This document shows positions 20,075 to 27,944 of a stretch of DNA of 64,000 nucleotides, one piece after another. The notes under the pieces are model-generated. The model was given only the letters and a program-made list of their open reading frames with translations. It did no database searches and was not told where the DNA came from. The DNA is from Candidatus Latescibacterota bacterium (GTDB lineage Bacteria; Latescibacterota; UBA2968; UBA8231): the NCBI GenBank assembly GCA_965203175.1, contig OZ241867.1, positions 768,001 through 832,000 of the forward strand, in the 5' to 3' direction. The number at the start of each line of letters is the position of its first letter. Positions within the stretch are counted from its first letter, which is position 1. The position numbers and the translations under genes were made by a program.

Positions 20075-21124
20075 ATGGCCCTTGAAACATCCGCCAAAAC
20101 CGAGTTAGTGCGCGACCTTTTGGGCCGCCCGCTGGCCTCTTTGCGCGTGTCGGTAATCGACCGCTGCGACCTGCGCTGCCAGTACTGCATGCCCGAAGAG
20201 CACTACACTTGGCTGCCGAGTGAAGATATTCTCAACGCCTCCGAGCTCGAGCGCGTAGTCGATGCCTTTTGCCAAGTTGGCGTCCGCAGCGTGCGCCTGA
20301 CCGGCGGCGAGCCGCTGTTGCGCGCCGATCTACTCGAACTCATCGCCCGACTCACACGACTACCGCTGGTCGAGGACCTAGCGCTGACGACCAATGCGAG
20401 GCGATTGGCGCACCGGGCTGAGGCGCTGCGAGAAGCCGGGCTGCGGCGGATCACCGTCAGCTTGGACTCGCTGCAATCGGCGCGCTTTGAGGCACTGACG
20501 CGGAGAGCCGCGCACGCCAAGGTCCTGGAGGGAATCCGCGCCGCCGCCGCGACTGGCTTTGACTCAATCAAAATCAACTCGGTCGTGATGCGCGGCTTCA
20601 ACGACGACGAGTTGGTGGATCTGCTCGAATTCGGACGGGAGATAGGCGCAGAGGTCCGCTTCATCGAGTACATGGACGTCGGCGGGGCCACCCACTGGTC
20701 GCTCGGAGAGGTGGTGTCGCAGCAGGAGATGCTAGCGAAGCTGGAGGCGCACTACGGCCCTATCGAGCGCGAGGCAGGGCGTGGTTCTGCACCCGCAGAG
20801 CGCTTCCGCCTGCGCGACGGCACGAGCTTTGGCATCGTCGCGTCGGTCACCGAGCCGTTTTGCGGAGCTTGTGATCGCAGCCGATTGACAGCCGACGGCC
20901 TGTGGTACTTGTGCCTCTATGCCCAGCAGGGCACTGACCTGAAGCCTTTGCTGCGCAACGGAGCGGACCGCGAGCAACTGGTGCGACACATTCGCGCGGG
21001 ATGGGCGGGACGGACGGACCGCAGCGCCGAAGAACGGCGAGAAGATCCACATCGCGGCGTGCTCTATCAAGTCGCAGAATTGCAAGCCGATCCGCACCGC
21101 GAGATGCACACCCGCGGCGGTTGA
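20075..21124 (+). CDS. moaA: GTP 3',8-cyclase MoaA (radical SAM)
   Basis: CDLRCQYC, LTGGEP, C-terminal FCGAC.R, terminal GG. Confidence 0.95.
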   Translation: MALETSAKTELVRDLLGRPLASLRVSVIDRCDLRCQYCMPEEHYTWLPSEDILNASELERVVDAFCQVGVRSVRLTGGEPLLRADLLELIARLTRLPLVEDLALTTNARRLAHRAEALREAGLRRITVSLDSLQSARFEALTRRAAHAKVLEGIRAAAATGFDSIKINSVVMRGFNDDELVDLLEFGREIGAEVRFIEYMDVGGATHWSLGEVVSQQEMLAKLEAHYGPIEREAGRGSAPAERFRLRDGTSFGIVASVTEPFCGACDRSRLTADGLWYLCLYAQQGTDLKPLLRNGADREQLVRHIRAGWAGRTDRSAEERREDPHRGVLYQVAELQADPHREMHTRGG

Positions 21125-21142
21125 GCCGCACCTTCCCACTAC

Positions 21143-23254
21143 ATGGATTACTTTCGCGCCAAACGCTATTTGGACGCCCTGCCCGACTGGGAGGTCGGCC
21201 GTCCAGCGCTCGGGCCAATCGAGGATTACCTGCCGAGAATGCGCTCCCTGCTGACCCGCCTCGACGATCCGCAGACGCGTTTCCGCTCAATCATTGTCGG
21301 CGGCACCAACGGCAAGGGGACGGTCGCCAGCCTACTCGCCGCTATTCTAAAGGCGCACGGACACAAGGCCGGGCTGTACACTTCGCCACATCTACACACC
21401 CAGCGCGAGCGGGTCCGCATTGACGGCGAGATCCTCAGCAAGGAACAATGGGCCGACGCCGTATCGCATCTCGACGATTGCACCCGCGACTTTGGCCGGG
21501 AGACCTTGGGTTCGTTCAGCAAGTTTGAGGCCCTGACCGGCCTCGCGGCCCATCTCTTCGCGCAACAGGATGTGGAATTCGGGGTTTTCGAGGTAGGGCT
21601 TGGGGGCCGCTACGACGCGACTAACGCTTGGGACTCGGAGCTAGCAGTTCTGACGGCCATCGGCCTAGACCACGTGGACCTGCTGGGCAATACTTTGGAA
21701 GAAATCGCCGCTGACAAGCTGCACATCGCCCGATCGGGTCGCGTACTCGTCACCACGGCGGCGCAGGCACCCGAGGTGATGGACCTAATCCGGCAGACCT
21801 GTGTAAAACAAGAAGTGAAGTTACAAATCGCCGGAACGGAATGGCCCCTAGGCCACCTAACAGGCCATCCAGCAATCTACGCGGAAAATGCGCGGCTGGC
21901 CCTTGAAGCAGCGCAGAGACTCGTCCGAAGACTAGAAGACGAGATAGCGCACCAAGCCGTGGCGTCCCATCACTGGCCGGGCCGCTTTGAAGTCGCGCAA
22001 GAAAAGCCGTTGGTCCTACTCGACGGCGCGCACAATCCAGCGGCTGCCGAGGCGTTGGCCGGAGAGTTACAGCGGCTGAGCGGAGAGCGTCCCGTCGCCA
22101 ATACCGGCGACGCATGGGTACTGCTCGTCGGCGCGGGAACAGGACACGATGCCGCAGGAATTTTGCGTGCCCTAGCGCCGGTGGCACAGCGGGTCTTGCT
22201 GACTTCGTCTGATCATCCACGAGCTCTGGCACCAGCGGTGCTAGCAGACTTGGCACCGGACGGCCTAGCCATAGAGCAGATACCTGCAAGCAGCCAAGCG
22301 CTCAAGCACGCGCGGGCGCTAGCGGGGCCCAAAGGCCGAGTCTGCGTGGCCGGGTCCCTGCACTTGGTAGCGCGGGCGCGGGAGTTTTTCAACCTGCCCG
22401 GCGAGCGCGACGGCATCACCGAAGACATGGCGCTGGAGAATCTGGAGTGCGTTGCCGAGGCGGGCCGGCGACAGGGACTCATCTGCGCGTGGATCTCGGA
22501 CGACGGCACGCGGCTCAAGCTATCGGGCGGACGGCGTCCCTTGCGCTTCTGGCGCAACAAGCACCCCTTCAACGACTACGTCGAAGCCCGCCTCGCCGAA
22601 GACAAGGCATACCAATACGAGGATTTCGCCGCCGCCGGATTGCCAGTCCCCGATACGCTCAAGCTCTTCAACCCCTTAGCCGACGCGCGCTTCGACCGCT
22701 ACAAAACGCACGCCACAGTCGCGGAAATCGTCGAAGAAGTAGTAGCGCGGTTCGAGTTCCCCCTATTGGTCAAAAAGTGCCATAGCTCACTGGCGCAGGG
22801 CGTGTTCTTGGAACACAACGCAGCAGACCTCGGCCAGCGGCTCGAAGCCCTCTTTGCCAACAGCGGCTTTTTAGACAACATCGCGCTAGTGCAGCAATAC
22901 GTAGCCGGGCCGGAATATCGGGTCGTCGCCAGCCGCAACGAACTGTTACTGGCCTATCGCAAGGAAAGCGAGGCCGTGGGCGCAGACGGAGACCTCAATC
23001 CGCTGCATCAAGCTACGGGGCGCGCCGTGCGCGTAGAAGACGCGGCCCTGCTAGCGCAAATGCAACAGCTAACCGCACAAGTGGCCGGTGTGTACTCGCT
23101 CGGTTTTTACGCCATTGACCTCATCCACGGCGCGGACGGTTTCTCCATTATCGAAATCAATCCCAACCCCATGTGCTACGCGTACAACCGCGACAACGGC
23201 CGCCGGGACTTCATTCGGCTATACGAGCGGCTGCTCACCCAATTTGCCCTGTAA
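21143..23254 (+). CDS. FolC (folylpolyglutamate synthase/Mur ligase) fused to a C-terminal ATP-grasp ligase domain
   Basis: GGTNGKGT, YTSPHL, EVGLGGRYDATN, WPGRFE, DGAHN, GSLHLV followed by DK…GLPVP, PLLVK…GV, VQQYV…EYRV, AIDLI, IEINPNP. Confidence 0.8.
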   Translation: MDYFRAKRYLDALPDWEVGRPALGPIEDYLPRMRSLLTRLDDPQTRFRSIIVGGTNGKGTVASLLAAILKAHGHKAGLYTSPHLHTQRERVRIDGEILSKEQWADAVSHLDDCTRDFGRETLGSFSKFEALTGLAAHLFAQQDVEFGVFEVGLGGRYDATNAWDSELAVLTAIGLDHVDLLGNTLEEIAADKLHIARSGRVLVTTAAQAPEVMDLIRQTCVKQEVKLQIAGTEWPLGHLTGHPAIYAENARLALEAAQRLVRRLEDEIAHQAVASHHWPGRFEVAQEKPLVLLDGAHNPAAAEALAGELQRLSGERPVANTGDAWVLLVGAGTGHDAAGILRALAPVAQRVLLTSSDHPRALAPAVLADLAPDGLAIEQIPASSQALKHARALAGPKGRVCVAGSLHLVARAREFFNLPGERDGITEDMALENLECVAEAGRRQGLICAWISDDGTRLKLSGGRRPLRFWRNKHPFNDYVEARLAEDKAYQYEDFAAAGLPVPDTLKLFNPLADARFDRYKTHATVAEIVEEVVARFEFPLLVKKCHSSLAQGVFLEHNAADLGQRLEALFANSGFLDNIALVQQYVAGPEYRVVASRNELLLAYRKESEAVGADGDLNPLHQATGRAVRVEDAALLAQMQQLTAQVAGVYSLGFYAIDLIHGADGFSIIEINPNPMCYAYNRDNGRRDFIRLYERLLTQFAL

Positions 23255-23273
23255 ACCAGCTAAGGAAATCTCA

Positions 23274-24413
23274 ATGGATATTCAGACCCGCCTCGTCCAC
23301 GCTGGCGAGGAGCGCATAAACGGTGCCGTGGTGACGCCGATCTTCCAGAGCTCGACTTTTGTTTCACCTAAGGAGGAAGAGTACCACGACATCCGCTATC
23401 TCCGCCTCAACAACACACCCAATCACCGCGCCTTGCACGCCAAATTATCCGCTGTCTGCGGCGGCGAGGACGCCTTGGTCGCCGGCTCCGGGATGGCGGC
23501 GATCACCACTGCATTGATGACCGTGCTCAACAGCGGTGATCACCTGCTGATCCAAGACTGCCTCTACGGGGGCACGCACAGCTTTGTGACGCAGGATGCG
23601 CCGGGCTTGGGGCTGAGCTACGACTTTATCGCCGGCAACGCGCCCGAGACGTGGGCCGCCAAACTCCGGCCCGAGACGCGGGCGATCTACGTGGAGACCA
23701 TGACCAACCCGCTGATGGAGGTCGCCGATTTAGAAGCGGTAGTAGCGTTTGCCCGCGAGCACGGGCTAGTCTCGCTGATCGACAATACCTTTGCCTCGCC
23801 GTGCAACTTCCGCCCGCTGGAGATCGGGTTCGACATAGAGCTACACAGCGCGACCAAGTACCTCAACGGCCATTCGGACCTCGTCGCGGGCGTAGTCGTC
23901 GGCTCGGCTGAGCACGTCAAAGCCATTAAACACAAGCTGAATCACTTGGGCGGCTCGCTGGATGTCCACGCCTGCTTTTTGTTGCAACGGGGCTTGAAAA
24001 CCTTGTCGCTAAGAATGCGGCAACACGACGAAAATGGATTGCGGCTAGCGCGCTTTTTGGCTGAGCAGGCCCAGGTGGCGAAGGTGAACTACCCAGGACT
24101 GGAGAGCCATCCGCAATACGAGCGGGCGCAGCGGCTGTTTGCCGGGGCGGGTGGAGTGTTGAGCTTTGAGTTGCACGGGGGCGTGGAGGCCGCCGAGCGG
24201 TTGCTGTCCAAGCTGGTTTTGCCAGCGTCAGCCCCCAGTCTCGGCGGGGTCGAAACCCTCATCACTCGGCCCGTCACCACGTCGCACAGCGGCTTGAGCC
24301 GAGAGGAGCTAACGGCCATAGGCATAGCCGACGGCTTGGTGCGAGTGGCGTGCGGCATTGAGGCCGCCGAGGATTTGTGCGCGGACTTTGCACAGGCGCT
24401 GGCTGAAGTGTAG
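23274..24413 (+). CDS. Cys/Met metabolism PLP enzyme (cystathionine gamma-lyase/synthase family)
   Basis: PIFQSST, SGMAAI, YGGT, DNTFA, HSATKYLNGHSD, SLGGVE. Confidence 0.92.
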   Translation: MDIQTRLVHAGEERINGAVVTPIFQSSTFVSPKEEEYHDIRYLRLNNTPNHRALHAKLSAVCGGEDALVAGSGMAAITTALMTVLNSGDHLLIQDCLYGGTHSFVTQDAPGLGLSYDFIAGNAPETWAAKLRPETRAIYVETMTNPLMEVADLEAVVAFAREHGLVSLIDNTFASPCNFRPLEIGFDIELHSATKYLNGHSDLVAGVVVGSAEHVKAIKHKLNHLGGSLDVHACFLLQRGLKTLSLRMRQHDENGLRLARFLAEQAQVAKVNYPGLESHPQYERAQRLFAGAGGVLSFELHGGVEAAERLLSKLVLPASAPSLGGVETLITRPVTTSHSGLSREELTAIGIADGLVRVACGIEAAEDLCADFAQALAEV

Positions 24414-24541
24414 GGTTTTGTTCATACGTCTACACAATCACAATACCGTTCTGGGGCTTATCGTTGATAGTATGTGTTTGTGTGGAAACGACAGTATATA
24501 TTTGTGTAGAAACGGCTCGGCCCACCGTAAGATTTGCTCGA

Positions 24542-24766
24542 ATGATTATACACCAACCCGCTCAAGATGTATGGCCCATGCTGACCCCTGTTGTGTTCGT
24601 CCCCCAGGCAGAGAGCGAATATCAACGGCTTGTGGCTGTACTAGACGATTTGATCGATGTAGTAGGCGAGGACGAAAATCACCCCCTAGCCTCATTAATG
24701 GAGGTTATAGGTGTGCTGGTTGAGAAATATGAAGAGGAGCACGTCCCTGAACTAATGGCAGAGTAG
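24542..24766 (+). CDS. Orphan/truncated HigA-like antitoxin (N-terminal part only, no HTH)
   Basis: EYQRLVAVLDDLIDVVGEDENHPLASLMEVIGVLVEKYEEEH resembles the HigA N-terminus; no toxin adjacent. Confidence 0.65.
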   Translation: MIIHQPAQDVWPMLTPVVFVPQAESEYQRLVAVLDDLIDVVGEDENHPLASLMEVIGVLVEKYEEEHVPELMAE

Positions 24767-24814
24767 TTCCGCTCTGTTATCTAATAATTCGCAAGAGAAA
24801 AGCAAATTCAATAC

Positions 24815-24869
24815 TTGATATAGAGATATTTTATGTCTATATACATACAGAGTGCTGCAAACGTGTTCA
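24815..24869 (+). promoter_or_regulatory. Putative sigma70 promoter and LacI-type operator for the TonB receptor
   Basis: TTGATA-N17-TATATA (24815-24843); TGCAAACGTGTTCA (24856-24869) resembles LacI consensus TGNAANCGNTTNCA. Confidence 0.45.
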
Positions 24870-24955
24870 TTGCAACGTGTCTATTAAGCAAGTGCCGGAT
24901 ACACTACCTAAAATCGGCCTGTTTTTACCACGTTGGATAACTTAGGAGGTCAACT

Positions 24956-27769
24956 ATGATTAACACGTGTCACAAACTTATTTATGCCGCGGTTCGCCGA
25001 ACCTTAGCCAATGGTCAGGTACTCCGAAGCAGCTTAGCCGCGCTGGTTTTGTGTGCATCCATGGTTGCGCCCCAGGCCGCCGCCGAAGAGGAAGAGCAGC
25101 AGAAGGTGGTGGAAATGGAAGAAATAGTCGTTATCGGCTTTGCCGGTTCTATGCAGCGCGCTGCCGATATTAAGCGTTTTTCCAATCAGGTGGTGGACGC
25201 CGTCTCCGCCGAGGATATCGGTAAACTTCCAGACCCCAATATCGCTGATGCACTGCAACGGGTGACCGGGGTGCAGTTAACGCGTCAGGACAATGCTGGG
25301 CGCGAAGTCAGTATTCGCGGTTTGTCTTCCTTCTTCACCAAAGTGACGGTGAACGGCGTAGGAATGGCCCCAGGTGCTGCCGCTGACGACAGTGATGGTC
25401 TGGATATCGGCGTGCTAGGGGCCGATTTGGGCACAGCACTCGAAGTGTATAAAAGCCCCACGGCTAAGCAGATCGAAGGCGCGGTTGGAGGTACGGTCAA
25501 TATCCGCACGGCGCGTCCGCTAGCACTGGACAAAGATCTGGTCATTACCGGTCGTCTGCGCGGCAACTATGAGCCGCTACAGGGCGATATCACGCCGGCA
25601 GGCTCCATCCAATTCGGTAAAATTTTCAACGACAATTTTGGCCTTATCATCGATTTCCACCAGGGGGTCCGCGAATACCGCCGCGATGCGTACCACGACG
25701 ATCGATCCGGTGGTTTCCGCAGCGAATTTGACGATGTAAACGGCGACGGCATAGATGATCTACACCCGGAAAAATCCCGCACCCGCTATAACGAGAGGGA
25801 GGACGATGAGCGCACGGTCAATTTGTCCTTGCAGTGGCGGCCCAATGAGAGAATGAATCTCTTCCTCGATGCTACGGCGTCTGAGAAGGAGAAGTTTCGC
25901 CAATACAGTCAAAATGAGATCGGCTGGCGGCGTTCCGAACTGGTGCCGGGAACCGCGGTTGTCGATCAGAACAATACCATTGTTGAGGCCGAGTTCTCCG
26001 AGGTGAGTTTTCTCACTCGTAGTGCCGTGCGCCAAGATACCGAAGAACTCGAGATATACAATTTTGGCACTGAGTATGTGTTTAATGACCGCTTTCTTAT
26101 GAGCAGCGCACTGTCTTATACCTCGAACGCGGTTGAAGAACTCACTCAGGGTAATGCTGTCATAGAGAACAGAGGCTTTGCCCTGCCCGAAGGCGAGACC
26201 TTTGGTTATCGCCTCAGTGGTGGGGAGGCGGGCTTCTCCTTTCTCAATCCCAGCGGCTTCGATTTTACCGACCCGTCTCTATACCTAGATATGCCCGACC
26301 GGCGCTTGACGTTCAATGACGGTGGTAACTTCGATCTCTATGACCACGACCAAGTGGCCGTCCAACTCGATTTCACCTACGACTTGCAGCGTAGCTTCTG
26401 GAATGATCTCGAGTTCGGTGGCCGCTGGTTCTCTCGGCAAGAGGAGCGCAATCGCCCTGGGCACGAGTTTACGGGCGAGACCGATGACCTGATGACGTTC
26501 TTCGATAATTTGGATGGGTCGCCATCGGACTATGGCAATCTGCTGCACATCGACGGCTTTGATCCGTTCGTTTTTCCCGATGCGTCTGCGATGTTTAATG
26601 AGGCGAGGTCTATGGGCTTGCTCTCGTCTAACGACGGACGCACCGATCGTCTGTTCGAGGACAACTATATCAGCGAAACGGATTCTTGGGCCGCCTATGC
26701 GCAGTTCAACGGTGCCGGCGAGTTGTTCGGCATTTCCGCACGCGGCAATATCGGGCTGCGCGCGGTGGGTACCAATTTTGAGTCCACCGGTGTTACGGTG
26801 GTCAACGACCGCGATTTTGATCCCGGTGATTTTGCCCAAACGCTGGCCACTGTGGGTAATGAGTACGCGAATTTTTTGCCCAGTGCCAATATTGCACTAG
26901 ATGTAACCGATAACCTGATCGTGCGGACTGCCGTGTCGCGCGTAATGAAGCGGCCTCGCCCGGAAGATACCCGCGCAGCATTCAACGTCTATGATGTTGT
27001 AGATGATGCTGACGGCTCCATTTTGCCGCCGGATTCGGAGACCGGTGCCTATGAAGCGTTCAACGGCAACCCCGAGCTCGATCCCTTTGTGGCGAATCAA
27101 ATCGACCTCTCCGCTGAGTACTACACCGAGGCCGGTGGGTTATTTGCAGCGGGCGTATTTTACAAGGACGTCAGCGACCTGACCGGGTTTGGTGCCACTG
27201 GTCGCATCGTGCCGGTAGCCGTGTTTAACCCTATTACCAAAGAGACGCTGACGGTTGACGCCTTGCTGACTTCACCCGTCAATATCGATGGCGAAATCAG
27301 GGGCTTTGAACTGTCTGCACAGCAACTGTTTGTTTTCCTGCCCTCGCCGTTTGACGGACTGGGCGCACAGGCGAACTATACTTTCACCGATGCCGAAGAC
27401 GAGGAAGGCCGTGAAATCGGCGGTACTTCGGAAAAGGTTTACAACCTGATCGCTTTTTATGAGCAGAGCGGCTTTGGCATTCGCCTAGCTTACAATTTCC
27501 GGGATAGTTTTCTCGATTCTCCCGACCGGGGTGAAACGATTGCGTTGCCGGATGGCTCAACGATCAGAGGTGGACGCTGGACTGATGACAACGAGCGACT
27601 CGACCTGTCCGCCTTCTACGAGATCAACAAAAACCTGATGATTACAGTAGAGGCTGTCAATCTAACCGAGGAGGGCAGTCGCAGCTTCTTAGACGGATAC
27701 AAGAACCGCCTCAATGCGTACGAGCAAACCGGCACCCGCTGGTTGACAGGTGTGCGTTTCAAGTTTTAG
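24956..27769 (+). CDS. TonB-dependent receptor (carbohydrate-uptake type)
   Basis: Signal peptide, EEIVV TonB box, DAVSAEDIGKLPD.NIADALQRVTGV plug, GNPELDP, C-terminal GVRFKF; AGGAGG RBS. Confidence 0.95.
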   Translation: MINTCHKLIYAAVRRTLANGQVLRSSLAALVLCASMVAPQAAAEEEEQQKVVEMEEIVVIGFAGSMQRAADIKRFSNQVVDAVSAEDIGKLPDPNIADALQRVTGVQLTRQDNAGREVSIRGLSSFFTKVTVNGVGMAPGAAADDSDGLDIGVLGADLGTALEVYKSPTAKQIEGAVGGTVNIRTARPLALDKDLVITGRLRGNYEPLQGDITPAGSIQFGKIFNDNFGLIIDFHQGVREYRRDAYHDDRSGGFRSEFDDVNGDGIDDLHPEKSRTRYNEREDDERTVNLSLQWRPNERMNLFLDATASEKEKFRQYSQNEIGWRRSELVPGTAVVDQNNTIVEAEFSEVSFLTRSAVRQDTEELEIYNFGTEYVFNDRFLMSSALSYTSNAVEELTQGNAVIENRGFALPEGETFGYRLSGGEAGFSFLNPSGFDFTDPSLYLDMPDRRLTFNDGGNFDLYDHDQVAVQLDFTYDLQRSFWNDLEFGGRWFSRQEERNRPGHEFTGETDDLMTFFDNLDGSPSDYGNLLHIDGFDPFVFPDASAMFNEARSMGLLSSNDGRTDRLFEDNYISETDSWAAYAQFNGAGELFGISARGNIGLRAVGTNFESTGVTVVNDRDFDPGDFAQTLATVGNEYANFLPSANIALDVTDNLIVRTAVSRVMKRPRPEDTRAAFNVYDVVDDADGSILPPDSETGAYEAFNGNPELDPFVANQIDLSAEYYTEAGGLFAAGVFYKDVSDLTGFGATGRIVPVAVFNPITKETLTVDALLTSPVNIDGEIRGFELSAQQLFVFLPSPFDGLGAQANYTFTDAEDEEGREIGGTSEKVYNLIAFYEQSGFGIRLAYNFRDSFLDSPDRGETIALPDGSTIRGGRWTDDNERLDLSAFYEINKNLMITVEAVNLTEEGSRSFLDGYKNRLNAYEQTGTRWLTGVRFKF

Positions 27770-27800
27770 GATACATGCAATAACATAGGCCATCGCCACA

Positions 27801-27869
27801 AAAAAAGCCCGGATTTGCGCTGAAGAGGTGTACCCTTTCTTCAAACGTTCATCCGGGCTTATCGTTTTC
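27801..27869. terminator. Long hairpin, probable (bidirectional) intrinsic terminator
   Basis: AAGCCCGGAT (27805-27814) / ATCCGGGCTT (27851-27860), with an A-run upstream and T-rich sequence downstream. Confidence 0.55.
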
Positions 27870-27944
27870 TTTGGGCGAGCGCGCAGTGCTTGTGCGCTTT
27901 GTAACCGGGGTGTATGCAGAAATTGTGATCGGAGACAATGCGTT

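Noticed and set aside
21143-23254. Cyanophycin synthetase
   Set aside because: Domain order is reversed, the protein is shorter, and the Mur-type domain has FolC-specific motifs (TSPHL, GLGGRYDATN); no cyanophycinase nearby.
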